Assembly (NCBI GenBank): GCA_951406725.2
Contig: OX597833.1
Coordinates: 41,540,001-41,604,000 of the forward strand
DNA from: Octopus vulgaris
Lineage: Eukaryota
Length of the DNA: 64,000 bases
Reading direction: 5' to 3'
The notes beneath the pieces are model-generated. The model did not search any database. It had not been told where the DNA came from and worked only from the letters and a program-made list of their open reading frames with translations. Positions 38,530 to 50,591 of this stretch are shown here, in pieces. The translations under genes were made by a program, and so were the position numbers. How positions within the stretch are numbered: position 1 is the stretch's first letter; each line of letters starts with the position of its first letter.

Positions 38530-38980
38530 AAAACTGACTCTTGCAAATCTTTGTAGTCCACCGCCAGAGTAAACTACCACCAGATCTTTGAGTACCATTA
38601 ACGATGTTCATGAATTCGTCTTCCCTCGTTTTCAGGCCCCTCAATCTCACCAGTCTGGAAAAGCCTAAAAACGTTCATGAACAAAGACCCATATGAAAGC
38701 CCTGAAAATCAGACATCAGGGAACAGGGTCAATGACTTCAGTTCATGGAACAGATTGTGACATAGATCACTCAACCCATAGTTAGAGCAAGGGTTCCAAA
38801 TCCTATGCCAAAGTAGGCAGTGACATTTGGGATGCTGTTGTCTGAAGCTAAATACTGACTGAAGAGGATTCCACAGATTCATCAGATAAATTGTATGATA
38901 AAACAAATCACTTGCTAATTAGACATTGCTGCTACTCCTGAGAGCAACGAGTTGTCTAACCTGTAGTATCTATTCATAAG
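38530..38980 (-). ncRNA. Candidate structured non-coding RNA of unknown class
   Basis: At least five hairpins; two pair fully only on the minus strand through G-U pairs; no convincing ORF; not recognised as a repeat. Confidence 0.4.
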
Positions 38981-40638
38981 CAGATGGACTGAGCCATTTA
39001 AGAATTAACTGTAATAAAATACAAATAACTAACCTTTTAGCTGGTTGGCCACCATTGCTATCCACTTAACCATACATACTCTTGAAATCAAGTTATTTTA
39101 TTTTCCTATTTTTTTGCTACTTTTAATCACGGGACTGTGGCCATGCTGGGGCACTACCTTCAAGGGTTCTAGGTTATCATAATAGCAGTACTATTTCAGT
39201 TTGGTATAATTATCTAATTGCTGAGTTACTGTTTTTAACCCAACAACAGTAAATATAATCAGATGCATGCATGCATGCTTACACACACACACACTTGGCA
39301 ATATCAGTAGTGCTGAAAGTCACAAAAGATTTAGGGAATGATTTTAAAACTGGCTATGTGGCTGAAAAACTTTTTCCCAACCATGAGATCTCAAGTTCAC
39401 TTCCACTGTGTATTTTTGGCAAGTGTCTTCCATTGTGGCCCTGAGTCAACTAAAGTTTTATGAGTGGGTTTAGTAAATGGAAACTGAAAGAACCTCATTG
39501 TATTTGTTATTTCTTTACTGCCCACAAGGGGACAAACAAGGACAGACAAAGGGATTAAGTTGATTACATCGACTCCAGTGCTTAACTGGTACTTAATTTA
39601 TCGACCCTGAAACGATAAAAGGCAAAGTCGACCTCGGCGGAATTTGAACTCAGAACGTAACGGCAGACGAAATACCGCTAAGCATTTCGCTCGGGATGCT
39701 AACATTTCTGCCAGCTTGCCGCCTTTGTGTTTGTGTGTGTTTCTGAGTACTGTTGTACATACTATAAACTGGTTGGCACTAAGAAGGGCATCCAGCTGCA
39801 CTCCACAGACACAAGTACCCTTGATGTAATTTTCAGGGAGATTCAGTGTAACACAGAATGTGACAAGGCTGACCCTTTGAAATACAGGAACTACTCAGTT
39901 TTGGCAACTGAGTGAACAGAAACAATGTGAAATAAAGTGTCTTGCTGAAGGACACAACACATTTGCAACCTTACAATCATGAGCCGAATATCCTAACCAC
40001 TAAGCCATGTGCCTTCACACATGTATATATGTGTGTGTGTGTGTGTGTGTCATCATCATCATTTAACGTCCGTTTTCCATGCTAGCATGGGTTGGACAGT
40101 TTCACAGGGGTCTGGGAAGCCAGGAGGCTGCACCAGGCTCCAGTCTGATCTAGCAGTGTTTCTACATCTGGATGCCCTTCCTAAAGCCATCCACTCCATG
40201 AGTGTAGTGGGTGCTTTTTACGTACCACCAGCACAGGGGCCAGAAGAGGCTGGCAATGGCCAAGATCAGTTGGTGCTTTTTACGTGCCACCAGCACGGAA
40301 GCCAGCCAACACGGCACTGGCATCAACCACATTAGGATGGTACTTTTTACGTGTCACCAGCACGGGTATCACAACTACAATTTCCATTTGATTCTTATTT
40401 TGATGTTGATGTACTTGACTCAATAGGTCTCCTCAAGCACAGCAGGTTGCCCCACGATCCAAGGTAAGCACAGCAGGCCATCCTGTGATCCAAGGTACTT
40501 TGAATGGGCTGAGGCTGGTTGTGTGAAGCTGGTGTAGGATACAGCCATGAACTCACTTTATTTCTCAGGTCTTCACAGTCACAGCATATTTCCAGAGGTC
40601 TCGGTCTTTCGTCATTGCCTCTGTGAGGCCCACATATA

Positions 40639-40669
<31 letters not shown>

Positions 40670-41161
40670 CTATTTCTTTACTCCCCACAAAGGGGCTAAA
40701 CACAGAGGGGCAAACAAGGACAGACAAATGGATTAAGTCGATTACATCGACCCAGTGCGTAACTGGTACTTAATTTATCGACCCCGAAAGGATGAAAGGC
40801 AAAGTCGACCTCGGCGGAGTTTGAACTCAGAACGCAACGACAGACGCAATACCGCTAAGCATTTCGCCCGGTGTGCTAACGTTTCTGCCAGCTCGACGCC
40901 TTTATATACGTATGTATATGTGTGTGTGTGTATTTATGCATGCATGTACATGTATGTGTATATATGCACACACACATTATTACCAGTATGTAAATGTAAT
41001 TCCCTAATTTGAAACTAGTTTTATATGTGCCAATGCATGAAACTCTCCATGTTTGAGTCATTCTGTAACTTCTGCTGATTATTAATACAATATTTTGTAA
41101 TACATAAATACATTATAATAAGGAAATCTCATTTAGATGTTCACCAAGCACTATATTATAT

Positions 41162-42300
41162 ACAGGGTACCCCCCCACCAAAAAAAATTGATATCATTTG
41201 AAATGTGAATATCTGAATAACTACATGTCAAAGGCAAATGAAATGAAATAGGCTTCATGTTGAACAACAAAAGATTTATTTATCAAAATTTGAACAAGAG
41301 ATTCAGAGAAATGTAGATTTTATAACCAATTTCACAAAGCTTCACAAATGTTCAATAAGTGCACCGTTGTGACACAACACACATCAAGTTGGTTGTCCAG
41401 CTTCTGCCAAACACACTGTAGCATGTCTTGCATAACATTCTCCAGTGCCTCAGTGATTCTCTGCTTGAGTTCCTCTGGGTATGTAGGAGGAAGTGGGATA
41501 CAGACCAATCCTTTCACATAGCCCTATAGAAAAAAATCACAAGGTGTCAAATCAGGTGAACATGGTGGACAATTTAACAACACATTGTCATTATTACTGA
41601 CATGCCAGAACCATCTCCCTTGTAGATTATCATTGAGATAAACTCACACAGTCAGCTTCCAGTGAGGTAGATCACCATCCTGTTGAAAAATGAATTGTTC
41701 GGGCTCATTTTTTGCAATGAGCTCATCAAATAACCATTCCTGAAGCACTTGCAAATAAACATCACCGATTGCGTTTCCCTCAAAGAAAAACAGTTCATAA
41801 AGACAATTCTTGGAGATTGCACAGAATACGTTCACATTTACTGAGTCCCTCATGTGCTGGGGATTTTCTTCCCACCAAATGCAAACATTATGCTTGTTGA
41901 CTTTGTATGAAATGAGGCCTCATCAAACTGCTTTATGAACTCCTCATCTTCAATTTTCTCTTGTATAGTGGTACAGAATTGTTTGCACTTTTCCCTGTTT
42001 AAGGCTTGCATGAGCTGCAGTTTATATGGTGTCATTAGCAAGCATTTCTTTATTACATGCCAAAGTGTCATATGAGGAATCTGGGTTTCCATAGATGCTC
42101 TTCTTACAGACTTTTTGGGGTTGCACACAAATGTCCAGATCCCTTTGCCCTGCACAGACAACCTTCCTCTTTGAATTTTTTGTGCCATGTCCACATCTGC
42201 TTTCCAGTTGGTGCATTTTCATTGAATTTTCTTGAAAATGTATGCTGCACACTCTTGTTTGACTGTGTTCAAGCATATTCTAACACATAAAATGCCTTTT
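41162..42300 (-). mobile_element. Degenerate Tc1/mariner-superfamily transposon
   Basis: Frameshifted fragments P.KSVRRAS, PYKLQL, DEASFH, FQQDG.LPH and SPDLTPCDFF; TA-caggg terminus at 41161. Confidence 0.82.
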
Positions 42301-43432
42301 CATCTCTAGTGAATGCTACATTATTTACATTCGATGGATATTTGTCCTCATCTTGTTTGTTGTTAACACGTTTTGACTGATATACCCCCCAGCTTTCTTC
42401 AGGTGTCTTGGGGAAATTTTGAACCTGGGTTCTCATTCCTAAGGTATTTTTCGATATTGTTGTCGTCATCGTCGTTCAGGTCACTGCTTGAAATCAAACT
42501 CAGAATCTTGGGGTTAGTAGCCTGTGCTCTTAACCACTATGCCATATGCCCGTGGGCAATTATGGAGTGAATTTTAGGGCTTATAAATCCAATATTTTTC
42601 TATCCTTCTTTAATACTGGCTCCTATATGCTGCTCATATTTGCACTCAGTCTGCTTAGGAGGTTGTTGTGTCCTAGCACATGTGCTGTTTCTTTTAGTTT
42701 TCGTATTTTCCAGTGGTATCCTCTGTCTATTATTTTAACTTCATCCCACGGGAGGACGTGGTCTCCATTTTTCTATACATGATTAGCTATATCCAATTTA
42801 TCAATATCTCATCATGTCACAGCTTTGCAATGTTCATCTACCCTTATTTTGAAGGGGCAGCATGTTTCGCCTTTGTATAACTTACCACAGCTGCATGGGA
42901 TGGAGTACACGCAGTCTTTGGTCCTATTCTCTTCTATTGGGGGTTTTACTCGAAGGAGATATTTGCGAAGTGTTGTATTACTCTTGAATACTGTCCTGAT
43001 GTCATATGGGCTGCATGTCTTTTGTATCTTTTCAGAGAGGCCTTTCACATAGAGTAGACAGACTGTGGACAGTTTTTTGGCCTCATCCTCTCTCTTCTTC
43101 ATAATTGGAGTGGGTAGTATACTTTTTGGGGTAATTGTTGCTTAACAAATCATTGTTGAACTTGATCATTTCTTCATGATGTGTATCAGTCGCTACTTAT
43201 ATTCTTTGCATGATGTTTTAGGCACTGAGGAATCCCACCATCCATACAGTGTAAAGAGACGGATTGCTCAGTGCCTAAAACATTGTGCAAAGAATATAAG
43301 TAGCGATCATGATACACACCACAAAGAAATGATCAAGCTCAATAACGATCTATTAAGCAACAACTACCCCAAAAGCATACTATCCTCTCCAATTATGAAG
43401 AAGAGAGAAGATGAGGCCAAAAAACTGTCCTT
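42300..43432 (-). mobile_element. Penelope-like element 3' part (GIY-YIG) with pLTR and inverted 5' duplication
   Basis: ORF 42812-43102 YVKGLSEKI...CVYSIPCSCGKLYKGET...RVDEH; inverted copy at 43261-43430. Confidence 0.85.
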
Positions 43433-43479
43433 ATGATTGTGAGCCAAATATACCCTAACCACTAAGCCATGTACCTTCA

Positions 43480-43571
43480 TATATATATATATTTACACAC
43501 ACACACACACATCTATATATATATGTATACATACATACATATATATATATATATGTATATATATATGTATG

Positions 43572-43630
<59 letters not shown>
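43480..43630. repeat. (TA)n/(CA)n compound microsatellite
   Basis: Direct inspection. Confidence 0.95.
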
Positions 43631-43633
<3 letters not shown>

Positions 43634-43659
43634 TTAATCTTATCCTCCTTAAGTTTTCA

Positions 43660-44575
43660 CACAAAATCAGCCAAAAAGATGTCAAATGTCTCTTGTTAAT
43701 TTTCTTGAAGCTGGTGACAGGGTTTTGATGAATGATTCAGCTGCTGCCTTACAATGTAAACATGCGGTCCACCCCTTTGTATGTACAGTGCACTTATATA
43801 CAAGATTAATACTCATTTAGAGGTTCATCAATGGGCATTTTGTTTTTTCTCTGCATGAGCATTTATTAGATTTAGTTGTATTTGTGGCAGTGCTAACTTC
43901 ATTTTCTGACACTGATACCGTGTTGGTTATATCACTATTATTGTTGCTGTCATGAAGTGGCTACAGAGGGTGTTTTTATTCTGGTTGATATTTCCTTTCT
44001 TGACATTTTGTTGTCTATATTTGCAGTCTTTCGTTGAACCAGAAGTAGTTCACCTGTCATAAGTTATAGTTCCAGTAGGTGGGTTATTCAACAGTTAGTT
44101 TATTTTCCAGTTATTAATGCAGTGCATACGCTGCTCTAAATCAATAGAGTTAGCATATGATACCTTCATTGTGTGTCTATTAAAATTAGTATTGTATCTA
44201 TTTGATTTTGGGAAACATTTGTCTAATGTAGCAAAAACTTCCCTTGTGATCTTCCTTGAAACATGTGAACCATGGATTGTGTTGTGCCACAGGATATCAT
44301 GATTCTTATATTTGTTGTTTGGCTTATTTGTTCTGATGTGTTGTTCAAGGTTGGGACAATTAATTGAGTTGCTAGCAGTTGTATGATTGTGTTGTGTGTG
44401 TCAATGAGTTTTGGTTTGTAGTTTATTGCCTTGACTAATTCTTTTTGGGCTGTATTTTCAATCTGAGTGTGTTCGCTTACTGTAACATAGTATTGATATG
44501 TCATGTTTAATAATTAGTGGAGGAATTGGTAGAGTTGTGTATATTGGTATCTTGTATGTTTTGAATTTTCTCATG
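43660..44575 (-). mobile_element. Second, more decayed Penelope-like element
   Basis: Residual C-R-x-K-x-KCP...NLVYKCTV GIY-YIG linker motif near 43860-43780. Confidence 0.6.
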
Positions 44576-45929
44576 GTATTCAGGCCTAGCTACATATATA
44601 TGAAGTGGTAGCAAAATGTTCCCAGACTAGTTCTATAACATGCTAACAGATGGCAGCATACGGTTGCATGCAGAGTGAGAGCTAACAATGACCTTCATGA
44701 AGAAGTGTACAAAAACTTTATTAGAAAAATTCATCTAAAAAGTCTGATTGGTCACCAATAAATAGATACTAAACTGCATACATTGCCACTAATGTTGGTC
44801 TTTTTTCAGTGTCTAAAAAGAATATTAAATGAGTCTTGAAGTCAAATAAAATGGGGTAATAAACCCAAATGTTTTCAGCACATCACATAACTGACAATAT
44901 AGTGTGTCAACAAAGGTGCTTTTCCATAGACATATAATTTACTAGAAATAGCAGTGAAATATCCTTCAAATTGCATGCTACTGTTTTATAAAACAAAAGA
45001 TACTCTGAATAAAGTAGTTCCCAATATACTGTATCTGAAATAAAAAAAATCAGGCTGTTCATAGCTGGAACAATTTTCATCATAGGTCTGCTCAATCAGG
45101 CATTATAAGCCACAAAATACCACCATCATTGCTGCCGCCACCACCACAACCACAACCACCACTGCCGCCGCCACCACCACCACAACCACCATGCTCATAT
45201 GGGTTGGACATGAATAGAGTATATAAATATATATTTTAAACATTAAATATGATTTCCCTTATCTAACTATACATTTAACATACTGTATGACATTCCAAAT
45301 AGTCATATTTTGTTAACAACCCCTCAAGTAAAGTTAAAAAACCTGTTGTTTCTAGTTCTTGAAATATAAAGCACCATCCAATCATGGCCGTTGCCCGCCT
45401 CACTTGGCCCCCGTGCTGGTGGCACGTAAAAAGTACCATCCGATCGTGGCCGTTTGCCAGCCTCTTCTGGCACCTGTGCCAGTGGCATGTAAAAAGCACC
45501 CACTACACTCACGGAGTGGTTGGCATTAGGAAGGGCATCCAGCCGTAGAAACATTGCCAGATCAGACTGGGCTTGGTGCAGCCTTCTGGCTTCCCAGACC
45601 CCAGTTGAACGGTCCAACCCATGCTAGCATGGAAAGTGGATGCTAAATGATGATGATGATGATGATTGCATTTCAATATTGTTTTGAAAAAGGTGATGGA
45701 CTAGCAAAATAATTGAACACTAAATAAAATGGGTTGCAGAATTTACTCACAGCTGTTTAAGTTGTGAGTTCAAATCCCTAAGAAGTTACCTTTGTCATTC
45801 CACCTTCCAGAGTCAGTTGAGTAGTGGGGTTGATGAAATTAGAGGTAGCCATCCTCTAAATTTGAGAGCTTGTGCCTTTATTTGAATTTAATAATCAGCA
45901 GAGTATCCATCCATTTTATCTGTCTACTA

Positions 45930-46733
45930 TTCGTTCCAGACACCCAGCTGAATACTTAACAGACACTGACTTTACTGACGAAATCGCTCTTATCAGCGAT
46001 TCTCTCTCCAATGCCCAGTCTCTTTTACAATCTCTCAAACAAGCCTCAAATTGTGTAGGTCTTTACCTCAATGAGACCAAGACTGAATATGTAAACAAGT
46101 GCCTGTCCAACAGTGATTTCATCATCCATACTCTCAACAATGCGCCCTTAAATATGGTTTCTGATTACAAGTATCTTGGGTCATACATATCATCATCTGG
46201 AAAAGATTTTCTAACTATAAAGGGTATGGCCTGGTCAGCCTGTAATAATATGCATAAGATCTGGTCATCAAATCTAAGTAGAGATTTCAAACTTAAAATC
46301 TTCAAAGCCACAGTCGAACCAATTCTACTATATGGCTCAGAAACCTGGATGTTATCAAAGAAGCTTGAGAGGCGGTTGGATGGAACTTACACTTGCCTCC
46401 TTATGAGAGCTCAAAATCTCTCGTGGAAGCGTCATCCAACCAAAATACAAATATATGGAAAAAAACCACCTGTATCATCTCCTGTGAAAGGTAGGAGAGT
46501 CCAGTTTGCTGGACATTGTTGTAGAGTTGAAAATGAGGCAGTTTCTACTCTTCTCCTCTGGAAGCCATCTACTCGCGATACCAGAGGGTGCACACTCTCC
46601 TACCCTGATGTAATCTCCAGGGATACAGGCATACAGCAACAGAACCTCCGTAATGCTATGATGGCCCATGAAGTCTGGCATAGCATAGTAAATTCCATTG
46701 TTTCAACCATGGTCGAACAATGATGATGATGAT
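45930..46733 (+). mobile_element. RTE-clade LINE, 5'-truncated RT and C-terminus with (TGA)n tail
   Basis: ORF 45872-46723: DFTDEIAL (FADD-like), GLYLNETKTEY, YKYLGS, ILLYGSETW. Confidence 0.9.
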
Positions 46734-46734
46734 T

Positions 46735-46960
46735 CCTAGGAGGGTTGTGAGGTAGAGTTCTCAGGCACCACCTCCACAGGGTCCTACCAGAAGCAACCAT
46801 CATTAGACTTGGCTGGATTACCAAGCATGACCAACAGAGTTTATGGACATTATCCAACCATTTCATTCTTGGTCTACTCCTAGGACTCCAGCTAATTGGC
46901 TCAGCTTGAAGACTCCACCTTGCAATTCTTTCCTGTGACATTCTTATCAACAGAGCATTG
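46735..46960 (-). mobile_element. RTE LINE 3' fragment, tail-to-tail with the previous element
   Basis: RMSQERIAR...RSRPRMKWLDNV resembles an RTE ORF C-terminus. Confidence 0.65.
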
Positions 46961-47269
46961 GGCAAAAATAATTTGCAGTATATAGTCATAACTTCCTTTA
47001 TGTTTTGCATATAGTCCCAACTTCCTTTATGTTTTGCTGGAGTTGATCTCATAATTAATTCTTCCAGAGATAAGTAAAAGAGAGCACCTGCATCATACTG
47101 GAGTTGATAATATAATCAACTACATTGTCTCACACAATTTTTGAGGTTGTATTGGTTTCAAATTTTTGACACAAGGCCAGCAAGTTCAAAGGAGAAGGGA
47201 GTTGATTACATCAGCACCAGTGCTCAACTGGTACTTATTTTATTAACCTTGAAAGGGATGGAAGGCAAA

Positions 47270-48590
47270 GTGAAAAGGGATGAAAGGCAGAGCTAGTTGA
47301 AAAATTCCAGGTGTGGAAGCAAAACCTAGAATCTGTAGACCTTAAGATTAATTTAGCAAGGACTAAGGTCCTAGTAAGCAAGAAAACTGACAGGACCCTG
47401 CCCACCTCAAGTAGATGGCCTTGTACAATTTATTGGAAAGATGTAGGCAGGAACTCCATATAGTGTACCCAGTGCAAGCTGTGGACACACAAGAGGTGCA
47501 GTGGGTTAATTGGAAGGCTATCAGAGAAGACAGTTTTCATTTCATTTCAGAGAAGACATTTTAATTTGTGGAAGATTTACAGGACCCATAAAAACTTTAG
47601 ACTTGGGAAATTGATTCTTTCAAATACTCTGGTGGCTCATAAGAGGTAGTAGATAATTTCTGCTACCTAGGGAACCAAATTAGTAGTGGGAGAGGATACA
47701 AGGAGAGTGTGATAGCTAGAATAAGAATTGGATGGAAGAAATTCAGGAAGCTGTTATCTCTGTTGGCCACAAAAGTTTTCTCTCTCTGAGTGAAAGGAAG
47801 ATTGAATGATGCATGTATATGGACAGCAATTCAACATGGTAGTGAGATGTAGGCCCTGAATGCAGAGGACATGTGAAGGTTAGAAAGGAATGAAGCTAGT
47901 GTGCTCTGTTAGATGTGTAATGTAAGTGTACATGTTCAACAGAGTGCCAGTTTTCTGAGAGAGAAGTTAAGCATAAGAGGAATTGGTTGCTGTGTACAAG
48001 AGAGAAGACTGTGCTGGTTTGGTCATGTGATGTGGATGGATGCCAACAGCTCCACAAAGAAGTGCCGATCTCTCAAAGTGGATGGAACACATGGAAATGG
48101 GAAGACAGGAAGACATAGGATGAAGTACTGAAGAATGACTTCAAGAAGCTGAAACTTTCAAGCAAGATGACAAAGGACTGAGATCTCTGGTGCCTGGTTT
48201 TACTCGAGAAGACTTATACTCCACTGCAGAAGTGTTGAGATCGATCCTTTGGTGAGCATAAAACACCCATGGGCGCCACGTAAAAGCACCCGTGTGGTGC
48301 CACATAAAAGCACCAAGCACACTCTGTAAAGTGATTGGCGTTAGGAAGGGCATCCAGCTGTAGAAACCATGTCAAATCAGATTGGAGTCTGATGCAGCCC
48401 TCACCCAGGGCAGTCGCTGGAGCATCATGTACTAAGGGGCACCAAGGAGGGCGTGACAAAGACAAGGAAATTTCCAAGAAAATATACACCAAAATTCAGC
48501 TAGTCTGAGGCGCCAGCAACCCTAGGGCCGACCCTGCCCCCATCTGTCTTGCTAGCTATGGTCACACCATCCAACCCATGATGATGATGA
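47270..48590 (+). mobile_element. Degenerate RTE LINE 3' portion with 3' UTR
   Basis: NLARTKVL, CTQCKLWTHKRCSG, FCYLG, ARIRIGWKKF and WFGHV motifs interrupted by stops. Confidence 0.8.
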
Positions 48591-50399
48591 CACATGCACA
48601 TTTATGAAGACCAAACCATGTATGTGCAAGAAACAAGTAGGTATACATGAACTGCACACTACTTGCAAGTAAATCTGCAGGATGGTACAAGTGAGTCTGG
48701 AGAAAATCCTGTGTTTGCAACCTGTCAAAGATGTGCAAACTGCATTGTAATAGCTTTGGAGTCTGTAATGGCCGTTGCTGCTAAATCATCAGCAAAGTCA
48801 TAGAACGCTGTATTTACCCTTGAGTAGTATTCACATCTTTGTGTTTATTTGTTACATTCAGTTTTTCTGTGTATTATTTTCTTAGTCTCTCATACCACGT
48901 ATACTATTTACAGTGGACAATAGCTTTGTACAGCTGTAGTGATATATTAACCATCAGAAATTATGAATAAACCCATTTTTAAATGTTATATAGTTTTATT
49001 TATCATGAACAGAATTTGTAGTTCTCTACACTTCTTTCCTAGAATGTCAAACGTCAACTCATTGGCATTCTCTTCTCATGCCTGTTTTTTTTTTGTCTTT
49101 GCAGATGTCGACTTTTGACCGTTCAAATTGAGCACCGACATATAGATATCGCCAGCAATGAAGTTCCGGCGAATGTCATGGCTATTGTCCCTTAGTTCAA
49201 TAAAGGGAAAAAAATTAATGACGTGCACAGAATTAAATTCATTTTTTTTTTTCATATAAGTTTTTGGTGAAATGCCATAGTTTAACATATGCTATATGCA
49301 GTGTATAAAATGGCTACATTTTTGTTAAACAAAAATAACCATTTAAAAAAAATAAAAACGCGCTTAAATTTAAAGGACAAGCACGTGAATCTTTCAAAAG
49401 TAACGACGTAGTTCTCTCAGAAACTAGATTTTTGTTCGTTGACAAAGATCTGATTTTGTTTTCAAACATTAAAACAAACGGGGACACACATAAAACAAAT
49501 ATCAAAAAGATATCTCTTTATTGTTAATAGTTCCCCTTTGTGGGGATGATGGGTTAGCAAAAATGGTAGAACTCTGAACAAAATGCATTGTATTTAGTTA
49601 CAGTTTTTATGTTCTGATTTCTAAATCCCGCCAGAGTTGACTTTATCTTTCACCCGACAGAGTGTCAATAAAATAAAGTACTCCATCTAATACTGGAGTC
49701 AATAGAATCGACAATTCTTTTCCCAAAAATCTAAGGGTTATGTTAGAAATAATTTGCCTTTATAGTAAAACTTTCGTTTTTATTACATTGGCTTTTATTT
49801 CAGAATATTTAAGTTCACGGTAGAACGGCATACCTATGCAAAGATTTACTTTGTAAAGTAAATAAACAAAGATTTACTTTGTAAAGTAAATACACGATTC
49901 AATTGTTTCACCTAGAAAGCCAGACAAAGTTGATAAAAGTTTCAAAATGCTAGTGATGGCATATCTGATATCGTGACCGGCTTAATCCCTTAAATGTGTT
50001 AACACTAACTTAACTATTATTTTTCGTGTGGATGGCGTGTCTGAGTAATAAATCTCGGTGAGGACTTATTTCTCATGTTCTCCACCCTAAGTACTTTCAT
50101 CGTATATACTGCCTGAGATTAATATTAATGAAATTAATTCACTGATAGTCAATGGTAACGATAAATCGTATCCCCATGAAAACAGCATAAAAAAACTATG
50201 AATAAAACACTGAACACTCCCTGTTAGGGTTGTGTGTAAAATTAGAAACAAAGGGTTTTATGTTAAGCAAGATAACTACATATATATATACTTCATTATA
50301 ATACTTGCTTTTTTATGAGCTTAAAATCATTTTAAATGTTTTCGTATATTTTTTAGCTAATTTTAAAATTCTCTTAAAATAGAATGAATTATATCTGAA

Positions 50400-50591
50400 A
50401 CTATTCCGCATTTTCGTAATAAGTAACATCGCAGTATGGCGTCGCGGCCAACACACGTGGCTTGATACCGTCTCATTTATTTCTACCATCGTCAAACGTT
50501 TCATTTGATTTCCCCACTTCATTTCCCGCACATTTTATCCTTCATCAAGTTTGAGATGGGCCGCTGCCGCACAAGACGACATTACAATAAG
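50400..50591 (+). promoter_or_regulatory. CpG-rich promoter and probable first exon of an unidentified plus-strand gene (ATG 50556, MGRCRTRRHYNK|gtaaat)
   Basis: CpG cluster, ATGGCG (YY1-like) and CACGTG motifs, strong AAG|GTAAAT donor at 50591/50592; downstream exons not identified. Confidence 0.45.

Noticed and set aside
38709-38906. 65-aa minus-strand ORF in the structured block; also considered SECIS and hammerhead readings
   Set aside because: Non-ATG start and no homology cues; no SECIS AUGA/GA quartet with apical AAA or hammerhead GAAA could be fitted
43455-43699. ORFs rich in Y/I/H/T (also 2951-3175, 33449-33676 and 40755-41061)
   Set aside because: Translations of microsatellites and SINEs
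49104-49220. Plus-strand terminal-exon-like segment (polypyrimidine-CAG acceptor, AATAAA at ~49199)
   Set aside because: No upstream plus-strand exons or promoter identified
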